Virus record (IMG/VR): IMGVR_UViG_3300017989_000388
Coordinates: 1 to 26,984 of that record
Length of the DNA: 26,984 bases
Origin: a virus
Lineage: Duplodnaviria > Caudoviricetes
Strand: one strand, 5' to 3'
This document shows positions 17,534 to 25,368 of this stretch, one piece after another (the first letter of the stretch is position 1; each line of letters begins with the position of its first letter). The notes under the pieces were generated by a model. It did not search any database, was not told the DNA's origin, and was given only the letters and a program-made list of their open reading frames with translations. The position numbers were made by a program, and so were the translations under genes.

Positions 17534-18341
17534 TGGCTGACTGAACCGCTTGCAAGAACTTGGGCGTGTAGCCTGCGTCTTGTGTCGCGGCGATTAACGC
17601 GGAGAGATCCTTGGGAAAACACTTGCCGCCAAAGCCGGGGGCGTGCTTGAAGGCCATCGTGTGCATCGGTTCGACGCGGGGGTCGAGCGCCCATAACTCG
17701 CGGGCTTCGTGGAAGCTGACGCCGTGCGACTCGCAAACCTTTCGCATCTCGTTGGCGAAGGTGACCTTAGTGGCGAAGTAGACGTTCTCCCAATACTTGA
17801 CGACCTCGGCGGTCGTGCTGTCGGTCAACATGTACTGCTTGCTCGGCCCGGCGATATAAGCGAAGACGTCGGCGATCTCCTCGGCGGCTCGACGCGAGTG
17901 CGGGGCGGCACCGAAAATAAACCACGGCGTGGCGGCGACGTCGGTCTCGAAACCAAACTCGCTGTGGTACTTCGATTCGCCAATATATTCAGGGGAGAAT
18001 ACGATTGGCACCCGCAACCGCTCGGCTAACTGGTAACAGTAGCCCGGCGGCACCGTCGACTTAATCAAAAAGCTGGGTGCTTCCGAACCGTCGGGAACCG
18101 CGTCGACAATCTCATTGACCACCTGCTCGACGATCGCGGTGTCGCAGCGGCCGTCCTTGCGCTGTTGCGTCGGTACGCAGACGCAAACCAGATTGCAACC
18201 AGCAAGTAAATGCGGATGGACTTTGCAATCCAAATCGGATGTTAAAATCTGCTCGAAGCGGCGCTGAAAAAACTTAGTCATCGCGCTGCCGACGTAGCCG
18301 CGTGCGCCAACGATACCGATCCTGTACTCGCGTGGATCCAT
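17511..18341 (-). CDS. UDP-glucose/GDP-mannose dehydrogenase family protein lacking the C-terminal UDP-binding domain
   Basis: IGIVGARGYVG, VCVPT, IKSTVPPG, FSPE, AEVVKYWENVYFATKVTFANE and catalytic GFGGKCFPKD; ends at 276 aa. Confidence 0.9.
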   Translation of the reverse strand: MDPREYRIGIVGARGYVGSAMTKFFQRRFEQILTSDLDCKVHPHLLAGCNLVCVCVPTQQRKDGRCDTAIVEQVVNEIVDAVPDGSEAPSFLIKSTVPPGYCYQLAERLRVPIVFSPEYIGESKYHSEFGFETDVAATPWFIFGAAPHSRRAAEEIADVFAYIAGPSKQYMLTDSTTAEVVKYWENVYFATKVTFANEMRKVCESHGVSFHEARELWALDPRVEPMHTMAFKHAPGFGGKCFPKDLSALIAATQDAGYTPKFLQAVQSANERFRNE

Positions 18342-18374
18342 CCTGCTTGCCCTGCTTGCTAAAGGAAAACGTGA

Positions 18375-21300
18375 TTACTCGGCGCGTTGAATCTCGACGC
18401 CGTCTCGCATTGGTTTGTAGACCCAGCCGCCACGGGAAAAGAGCGACTTCTGCACCTTTGGCCCACCCGGCTCCGGTTTTTTCTCGGGGAGTTTAGAGGC
18501 GGGCGTGGGCGGGGTCGTGGGTTCGTCCGACCGGCGGCTTTCGCGTAGTTGCTGCCGGGCGAGTTTATCAGTCAAGCCAGTGGGAATCGGGTCGCCTTTA
18601 TAATCCTTAGAAGGGCCGTCGACTGTGTAACTGACCCAGGCACGGATCGGTACGCCCGCCAGTTTAGCGGCGGCGGTGCGGCGGTGACCGTCCGAGACTC
18701 GCAGCTTGCCACCCTCGGTTTGGATGACGTCGATCGGCGGCAGCGTCTTGCCCTCCTTAATCCATTCGGCGTAGCGACGAGCATCCCAACCGCGGCCTTC
18801 AGGGTTGAATTTTTCGTCGGTGTAGTCGCCTTCCGGGGTTTCCAACTCAGCCGGGTCGATCTCGATCAACTGCTCAATATCGCGACCGTGAATCCCTTCG
18901 AAGTCGTCGTCGATCTTCCAACTGCCGATCGGGAAGTTCTCCTCGAACATCGGAAATTGGCGGCTACCCTGGCCGGCAGCTCGGTCCTTGTAGTGATTGT
19001 GACGAGCTTTAGATAACTCACTCGATTTCAAAAACTGACTCTCGTCCATCGTGCCGGGGTGGGTGCCGACCGGGGCGAGACCCGTTGTCTTGATTGACCC
19101 GGCGGCGCGGGCGGGATTAGGTGCTTCCTCCTGGTGGCCCGGTAGGTTGTCGACGTCGAACATCGTCTGCTGACCGGCCAAGTCTTTGTGGCGGCCGCCC
19201 TCGGATAGAAATGTCTGCTGCTTACCTCCATTGCTGACAATCTTATCCGCCGCCTTGACGGGTTCGTCGTTCGTTAGTTGGAACGGTTTTTGCTTCGATC
19301 GCGGCTTAATGAATCCCGATAGACCTTTGTGGGTTTTGACGGGTTTGGGCGACTCTTTCCGTTTGACCCGCTTCTCGATCGCGGGTAGGGCGGTGTCGAG
19401 CAGTTTCTGCCAGTCGGACTCCTCGACTTGCTCGCCCTTGGCGACGGCCTCCATCGTGCGGCGTTGATCGTCGTCGAGTTCCCACTTGACGGCCATTACA
19501 TCGCGCTTTTGAAAGTTTGCACTTTGCAGCATGTTGCGGAAATTGAACGCAGAGTTGTCGACGTTGTCTTCCTTGAAACTCTGCTTTGTGTTTTGCCCTT
19601 TCTTGAAAGCGATGTGGTCTTGGATCGCCTTGGTGGAGCGGTTGATCGAGTTGGCGATCGTGGTGTGCGAGACGCCGTACTCCTCTTTCAGCTCGCGGGT
19701 CGACTTGCCGTCCACTTTATTGGCAATGAAAATCTGCTGGTCTTGTTCGCTGAGACCCTTGAGTGCTTCGCGGATGCTGTCCGCCTTCAGTTGCTGCTCC
19801 TCAAGCAAGTCTTCATCCGGCCCGGCATCAGCGACCGGCTCGGGGGCGTCGTCGCTCCAACCTTTCTCGTGACTGCCGCTGACCTTCGACTTGCGGGCCA
19901 AGTCGAGAACCCGTGAGTTGAAGATCGACATGATGTGTCGCTTCTTCTGCTCCATCTCGTCGCCTTCGCCCTTCGACTTGGTGGGGTCGAAGGTTTTCAG
20001 GCCGCGCACGATCGCGTCGTCCGCTTCGTTCTCAATGTCGGCCGGGTCGATGCCGGGGAAGCGGTTGATCCGCTTGTGGAGCATCCCTTTCAGTTTCTCG
20101 CGGAAGAACTCGTGCTGTTTCTCAAAGTCGCCCGGCAGTTCCGTCTCGTCTTCGTAGGGGTCGTACTTCTTTTTAGGTGGTGCCGGTTTCTCGTCGCGGA
20201 CCTCGCCCGTGCGGGTGTTTTGGAAGCCGCGGCGACCGCGTTTACCCTGGTAGGTGACCCAAAAGTCACCGTGGCTGTCCTCGAACTGCTCGATCTCGTC
20301 TTCGTAGCGGGCCTTGTTGTCGTCGCCCTCCTCGACGACCGGCAGTTCCGGCCGCTGGTATTTCTCGTGGCCGGGAAGCGGCTCGATGCCTTGCACGGTC
20401 GACTTCCGCCGCGACATTTGCATCGCCTCGGCACCGCCGCCCCCTTGCAGGAGCGTGTTGACCGGGCCGCCGTTGGGGCCGAACAGGCCCTGAGCGCCTT
20501 GGTCGACCGTACCCAATTCCGCTTGGGCAAAGGCCGGGTTTTGCAGCATGTCGTCGTCGTCGTCGGGAGAGGAAGCGCCGACCAGAGCGGCGACGTCGGA
20601 CGCCTTCAACTTCAAGCCCATATTCCAGGCTTGTTCGAGGGCTTGCAGTCGCTGCTGGACGTCCGGTTCCTCGGTGTCGATCTTAAATTTGATCCGGCAG
20701 GATCTCGACTCGGGGAAGTTGTAGAGTTGGATCGGTCGCACGAGGTCGCGGGTCAGCGTCTCTTGCAAACCGATCGCGTCGAAGCGGATGATGTCGGCGT
20801 AGGTCGCCAAGTGAGCGTCGGCCACGCCGCTGCCCAGCCCAGTCGACTCGGCTTCGCTGGTCAACACCTGACCGAGAATGTACCGCTTGATCTTATGGGC
20901 GAAGTAGCTGGTCAAGAACTCGCGCAGTTCAGCCACGCCCCCCAATCCTGGCTCGATATGCTGGGGGATGTAGAGACCGCTGTCGTCGTTCGGCACTACC
21001 GGCACGAGGATAATGCTGCGGCCGCCGCCGATCCGCTCTTGGGCGGCGACTCGGGTGGCGGCCTCGGCCTCGTCGTTGCCTTGCGGATAGGGCCAGATTT
21101 CAAAGCCGAAAGCCGACCGCTCCAGGTACTCCAAGGCCCAGGTCAAGCACTCGGTCATGGCGAGCCATGTCCAGTAGATCCTCGACCGCACGCCGACACC
21201 GTGGATGCTGCCGGCCGAGAGCGGATCTTCCCAGGCCCCGTCTTCGATCAGGTGTTTATGAACGGCTACGCAGCGGCGCTCCGGTCGCGTCAGAAAGTAA

Positions 21301-21980
21301 GCCAACCCACGATCGGTTGGCTCAACTTGATTGATTTGTTCGCCCCAAACCGAGTAGTAGCGGTGGATAATCCCGGCACCGACACGGATGCCGATCTGCG
21401 TGGGGTCGTAGCGGTGGCGGCCGTCGTCGTAACGGAAGACGAGCTTGTCGCCATGCACGGGCGTCCAGGCGGCCGGGGTGCGGTACTTCTCACCGCGGAC
21501 GTAATCCCAGCCCCAGTACCAACTATTGGCGGAGCGGCCGTACCAGATCGCCTCCAAGAGGTTGTAGCGGAATTTTAAGAAGTCGGGGATCGACTCGATG
21601 ATGTCGGTGACTTTCCGACAGAGTTCCTTCTCGCTTTGACTGTTTTCGTTCTCCGGCTCGATGTGCCAGTTGAGCAGGGCGGTGCCGCGCAGGCGGGCCT
21701 CCAGGCATTCCATGATCGCCGGCTCATTCCGCATGATGCGGGCGTTCTGCTTGCTGTCCTGGATCGCCTCGTCCGACTCGGGGTAGACGCGGGAGATCGT
21801 GCCAACCCGCCCCTGCATCGTGAGGATGTGCGGGATGACCGGCTTGCCCAGATTGGGAACCGCGCCGGGAATCCCCGCGGCCCGGTCTTTGACTTGGGCC
21901 TGGATGAACGAGGCGGGGACGTCGCGCAGGTTAAGAACTTCCGGTTTCGTCCGGCCGCTCTCGTCGGTCTTCATAATCAT
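18375..21980 (-). CDS. Portal protein (Mu gp29/DUF935-like) with C-terminal sigma70-like and ParB/Srx domains
   Basis: First ~480 aa: LEAIWYGRS, W..YLERSAFG, IKRYILGQVLTSEAESTGLGSGVADAH, LQETLTRDLVRPI..NFP. Then sigma2/sigma4-like (19610-20130) and PPIDV..GKLRVSDGHRRTAAAKLAG (18625-18875). Confidence 0.88.
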   Translation of the reverse strand: MIMKTDESGRTKPEVLNLRDVPASFIQAQVKDRAAGIPGAVPNLGKPVIPHILTMQGRVGTISRVYPESDEAIQDSKQNARIMRNEPAIMECLEARLRGTALLNWHIEPENENSQSEKELCRKVTDIIESIPDFLKFRYNLLEAIWYGRSANSWYWGWDYVRGEKYRTPAAWTPVHGDKLVFRYDDGRHRYDPTQIGIRVGAGIIHRYYSVWGEQINQVEPTDRGLAYFLTRPERRCVAVHKHLIEDGAWEDPLSAGSIHGVGVRSRIYWTWLAMTECLTWALEYLERSAFGFEIWPYPQGNDEAEAATRVAAQERIGGGRSIILVPVVPNDDSGLYIPQHIEPGLGGVAELREFLTSYFAHKIKRYILGQVLTSEAESTGLGSGVADAHLATYADIIRFDAIGLQETLTRDLVRPIQLYNFPESRSCRIKFKIDTEEPDVQQRLQALEQAWNMGLKLKASDVAALVGASSPDDDDDMLQNPAFAQAELGTVDQGAQGLFGPNGGPVNTLLQGGGGAEAMQMSRRKSTVQGIEPLPGHEKYQRPELPVVEEGDDNKARYEDEIEQFEDSHGDFWVTYQGKRGRRGFQNTRTGEVRDEKPAPPKKKYDPYEDETELPGDFEKQHEFFREKLKGMLHKRINRFPGIDPADIENEADDAIVRGLKTFDPTKSKGEGDEMEQKKRHIMSIFNSRVLDLARKSKVSGSHEKGWSDDAPEPVADAGPDEDLLEEQQLKADSIREALKGLSEQDQQIFIANKVDGKSTRELKEEYGVSHTTIANSINRSTKAIQDHIAFKKGQNTKQSFKEDNVDNSAFNFRNMLQSANFQKRDVMAVKWELDDDQRRTMEAVAKGEQVEESDWQKLLDTALPAIEKRVKRKESPKPVKTHKGLSGFIKPRSKQKPFQLTNDEPVKAADKIVSNGGKQQTFLSEGGRHKDLAGQQTMFDVDNLPGHQEEAPNPARAAGSIKTTGLAPVGTHPGTMDESQFLKSSELSKARHNHYKDRAAGQGSRQFPMFEENFPIGSWKIDDDFEGIHGRDIEQLIEIDPAELETPEGDYTDEKFNPEGRGWDARRYAEWIKEGKTLPPIDVIQTEGGKLRVSDGHRRTAAAKLAGVPIRAWVSYTVDGPSKDYKGDPIPTGLTDKLARQQLRESRRSDEPTTPPTPASKLPEKKPEPGGPKVQKSLFSRGGWVYKPMRDGVEIQRAE
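20196..20228. repeat. Dispersed repeat, copy 3 (in portal extension)
   Basis: gcggacctcgcccgtgcgggtgttttggaagcc, identical to 14990-15022. Confidence 0.9.
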
Positions 21981-22096
21981 GGTCGCAGCTTTCGCTTTTG
22001 GTGTCCGTACTCGTTTGCTGCTTGCTGCATCCGGTACATTTACAATCCGCCCTGACCGCTCCGTCGCTTGCTACGCAATGCAGAATCTTCATGTCG

Positions 22097-22339
22097 CTAG
22101 TTCTCGCTCTGGAGCGACTGCATCAGCCACTCGATGTTGTCGGGGTGGATGATGAGCCGGCGGCCGAGCTGGTAGACGGGGACATGCGGGGTCCGCTCCA
22201 TCCGCATCACTCCGCAGGTGAGTTTGGTGGTCTCTTTGGCAACCGTCAGACAAGGTGAAACACAGAAACCGTTTAAGTCGCCCAAGCCCAGTGGGTTGAA
22301 TTGTTGGGCCGTTGTTTTCTTTTGTACGGTGATCGTCAT
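22097..22339 (-). CDS. Hypothetical protein, 80 aa (MTITVQKK...)
   Basis: ATG overlaps the KTSC gene stop (ATGA), GAGGA upstream. The longer 167-aa version would overlap the upstream gene. Confidence 0.65.
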   Translation of the reverse strand: MTITVQKKTTAQQFNPLGLGDLNGFCVSPCLTVAKETTKLTCGVMRMERTPHVPVYQLGRRLIIHPDNIEWLMQSLQSEN

Positions 22340-23124
22340 GCTCGTCCTCGGTCGGGTGTGCCGCGATCCGGTAAGCCGCGGTCGGGCCTGAATCGTCGCT
22401 CGGGGAGCGTCGAGTGCCAGACCTCGCGGGAGTTGGGTACACGAATCCTCCGTTCCATGTACCCGGCAGCCGTCGCTAGACGCGGAATGTACTGGCCGGT
22501 GACGCCGTCCTCTTGTACAATCGTGGCGGGGTCGGCAAGCCGATAGGAATACTGGTGACCGTCGATCGAACCGCGGACACGCAGGTTGTCCCAAACCCAC
22601 TGCCCCTTCGACTTGGCTTTACGGAAGCCGTACCAGTAACGGTAAGGGACGTCGTCGTAGGCGTAGGTCGCACCCGGCCTACCACTGTTGCGGCCGCCGT
22701 AGGCTCCCTTGCTGGCGATCAACGCACCGACTGGCCCGCGGCCGGTGATGTGTTCGCCGGCGATCATCGGGGCCTGATAGGTGACGTAGAGGACGCAGGT
22801 ATTGCGTCCCGTGCGACGGCAACCGATCGAATGGACGTTGCTCGACGAGACGTCGATCATGCCCTCTAAGGCTTCGACCATCTCGTCGCGGCCAATCTCC
22901 TCGCCTGAGACGTCCTCGGCGGGGCCGGGTCGCGATTGCTCGCGTTGCTGTCGCGGCCGGTAGCGTTCGCCCGGCGTGGACCGGGAAGCGCGAGGGCGCT
23001 CCTCCTCCAACATGCCGAGCGCCTCCAGGATCTCCCTCGTCAACTGCCCAGCCGGAGTCGTTTCAAACCGCCGCAGTGCTGCGCGTCTAGCGGCTTCCGT
23101 TGCTTGTCGAAAGAGTCTTGACAT
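22336..23124 (-). CDS. KTSC-domain protein
   Basis: MIDVSSSNVHSIG...LYVTY...TYAYDDVP...YGFRKAKSKGQWVWDNLR matches KTSC with a Gly-rich insertion. Confidence 0.75.
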   Translation of the reverse strand: MSRLFRQATEAARRAALRRFETTPAGQLTREILEALGMLEEERPRASRSTPGERYRPRQQREQSRPGPAEDVSGEEIGRDEMVEALEGMIDVSSSNVHSIGCRRTGRNTCVLYVTYQAPMIAGEHITGRGPVGALIASKGAYGGRNSGRPGATYAYDDVPYRYWYGFRKAKSKGQWVWDNLRVRGSIDGHQYSYRLADPATIVQEDGVTGQYIPRLATAAGYMERRIRVPNSREVWHSTLPERRFRPDRGLPDRGTPDRGRA

Positions 23125-23320
23125 TTTCGGCGACTGCTATCTCCCAGTCGGCTGGCAGGATAATGACCTCAGTGTCCCAGATATTGGCGAGTTCCTTCGC
23201 TATCTTTTGAGCCTCCGCTTTGTCTACCTCGGTGGCTCTCTGTGGTAGTTTGAGAATCAGCGCGTCGTCTGGCGTCAAACTAAATACTTGTACGGCTTCG
23301 ATTACTGCTTGCTGGTTCAT
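23087..23320 (-). CDS. Hypothetical protein, 77 aa
   Basis: ATG abuts the TerL stop; plausible alpha/beta pattern. Confidence 0.7.
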   Translation of the reverse strand: MNQQAVIEAVQVFSLTPDDALILKLPQRATEVDKAEAQKIAKELANIWDTEVIILPADWEIAVAENVKTLSTSNGSR

Positions 23321-24766
23321 TTAATTCCGTCCCCTCCAACTGCCTTGCAGGTTGTCGCGGATGCGGTTGCGGCTGTCACCGCTCCGCATTACCGAGATCC
23401 CACGGTAGTTGGCGTGGGGTGTTTCCAGCGGCTTGACCGGGTCCATGCCAATACCCGCCATCTTGGCGAGCTTGTTGAATGCGCCGCTGGTGGCGTCGAC
23501 TTGATCCATAAAGGCGAACTCGGGGAACGCGCAGACCTCGTCGAGGTAGTCAGAGTTCCAGGGGGCTTGTTTGACTTTGATGTTGCCTGCCTCGGCTTGG
23601 GCGTTCCACGGTTGGGCGCGGATGATTTTCGCTTCACCCGGCAGTCGCTCTTTGCCTTTAACGCGGTAGCCGCTGCCGCTGACAACGTCGCGGTGGATGG
23701 GAAAACCGATCAACTTACGGATCGTGTTCTCCATCGACTCCTTGCCGCCGGAGCCGCCTTCCTGCTCGACATAGATCAACACGGTGTTGCCGTACTTCTC
23801 CGCATCGGAACGGGCGGTGTTGAGCATCACCTGCTCGCGCTCCCTGGCGGACCACTGACCGCGGACGACATCCTCGATGTAAAACAGACCCGTGCGTTGG
23901 TCGTGGGCCATTAGCACGCCGGCGGTGTAGGCGGCGGCAGGGTTGTCGCTGGCGGCGGTCCCCGCTTTATCCCAGTAGCGAATACGTTGGGCGATCCGCG
24001 GCACTTCGCCGACGACCTCAAACCACTCGCGGGCAAACATCAGACCGCCGAGATCGACGAATTGACCCTCCAATTCCTGGGCGGCCAGGGCCGACGAATA
24101 GAGGTCTTTGACGTTGCGGTAAAACTCCTCCGGCAGGAAGGGGTTGTCGGCAGTGCGGGCTTGAATCAAGACGGCGTTCGCCTTGGGGATATTGACGCCG
24201 TTGATCCGGTTGTAAAAAGTGCCGAACGTCCAGTGTTTGTAGCCGCGGGGGGTGAACGTCAAAAGGATCGGACCCATTTCGCCGCGGGGTTGACCGGGGC
24301 GGCGGAAGCGGCACATCGGCACGCCAATGTCAAACGCCTCCTTGGAGATCACCGACGGTTCGTCGTACCAGAGACTGGCTCGGTTCGGACCGCGCAAGCG
24401 CTCGGGGTTGTCGGCGGAACGGAAAACAAAGTTGGCGGTGCCGCCGTCTCGCGTCCTGACCGTCGCCTCGGGGATCGGCGTCTTGCGGCCGGAGACCCAG
24501 AGGTTCAGTTCCTGGGCGGTTTCACGAAACGCCGGGTAGGTGGTGTCGTGAATGTCGATCCAGGTCGGCGAGATGACCATGTGGCTCTCGTCCCGCCGGG
24601 CGCGGATCAGGCGGTCGATTGTGGCGACCTTCGTCTTGCCCGTTCCCCGGCCGCCGCAAAAGCCGATGATCTTCGGGTGGTCCGGCTCCAGCGCCTTGGC
24701 GGTCGCGGCGTGGAAGTCGTACTGCTTCTTGTAGAGACGGGTTTGGGGAACTTGTCCACGGATCAT
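23321..24766 (-). CDS. terL: Terminase large subunit
   Basis: Walker A GGRGTGKT, LRG..LWYDE Walker B, LTFTP coupling motif, nuclease motifs YWDKA, VEQEGG, DQVDA. Confidence 0.95.
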   Translation of the reverse strand: MIRGQVPQTRLYKKQYDFHAATAKALEPDHPKIIGFCGGRGTGKTKVATIDRLIRARRDESHMVISPTWIDIHDTTYPAFRETAQELNLWVSGRKTPIPEATVRTRDGGTANFVFRSADNPERLRGPNRASLWYDEPSVISKEAFDIGVPMCRFRRPGQPRGEMGPILLTFTPRGYKHWTFGTFYNRINGVNIPKANAVLIQARTADNPFLPEEFYRNVKDLYSSALAAQELEGQFVDLGGLMFAREWFEVVGEVPRIAQRIRYWDKAGTAASDNPAAAYTAGVLMAHDQRTGLFYIEDVVRGQWSAREREQVMLNTARSDAEKYGNTVLIYVEQEGGSGGKESMENTIRKLIGFPIHRDVVSGSGYRVKGKERLPGEAKIIRAQPWNAQAEAGNIKVKQAPWNSDYLDEVCAFPEFAFMDQVDATSGAFNKLAKMAGIGMDPVKPLETPHANYRGISVMRSGDSRNRIRDNLQGSWRGRN

Positions 24767-25368
24767 TCGGCGACACTGCCTTCGATGACGTTCTCGTCGT
24801 GTTCTAGTTGTTGGGCGTCGTTGTTGAATTGCACGCCGATCTTCTCGGCCTGCTCGATCGTGTCGACATGCACCACCGGCTTGATGTCGCTGCGGTCGTT
24901 GACAACCACCACTTGAATGTCGAGCGGGCTGTCGCCGACACCGCTACGCAGATCGGGAGTGTCGAGTCCCTGGATGCGGAGCTTGTCCATAATCGACTTA
25001 CGGGCAACCTCTAAGAACGTGGGGTTGCCGCTTTGCCCCTTGCGGATCGTCTCCTCGAAGCCGCCGTCCTTGCCGCCGATCCGCTTGCGGGTGGTGACGT
25101 CATCCTCTTTGCTTTTCTCGAAAGCCTCGTAGGCTTCCTTCTCAATGACGTCGAGCTGGGAGAGTTCGCGCTCTAAGATCAGGTCCGCGTTCTTGACCCG
25201 GCTCGCCAGCGCTTCCTCTAAATTCTTATGGATGTAGCGGGTGACTTGGCGGCGCGAGAGGCCGACCCGGCGGGCGATCTCGGTGGTTGACAGTCGCTTG
25301 CGGCAGAGTCTGGCAACCTGCGCACGGCGGGCCTCGATGTCAGCTTGTTCCGGTAGCGACCGACTCAC
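24763..25368 (-). CDS. terS: Terminase small subunit (N-terminal HTH)
   Basis: RRAQVARL..KRLSTTEIARRVGLSRRQVTRYI HTH, helical core, GNPTFL..GLD motif; directly upstream of TerL. GTG at 25368 has a GGAGGA SD. Confidence 0.78.
   Translation of the reverse strand: MSRSLPEQADIEARRAQVARLCRKRLSTTEIARRVGLSRRQVTRYIHKNLEEALASRVKNADLILERELSQLDVIEKEAYEAFEKSKEDDVTTRKRIGGKDGGFEETIRKGQSGNPTFLEVARKSIMDKLRIQGLDTPDLRSGVGDSPLDIQVVVVNDRSDIKPVVHVDTIEQAEKIGVQFNNDAQQLEHDENVIEGSVAE

Noticed and set aside
14979-20228. Diversity-generating retroelement TR/VR or att-site reading of the 30-33 bp repeats
   Set aside because: No reverse transcriptase or integrase in the window, no adenine-specific mismatch pattern, and all copies are in-frame coding.
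19935-21578. 547-aa plus-strand ORF, and similar ones such as 23987..24916, 10777..11604, 23288..23914
   Set aside because: Antisense shadows of real genes in GC-rich DNA; Val/Leu/Arg-rich with no motifs.
21931-22092. 53-aa Cys-rich minus-strand ORF (MKILHCVASDGAVRADCKCTGC...)
   Set aside because: Fills the gap but overlaps the portal start by 50 nt and has no clear SD; cannot be supported, though not excluded.
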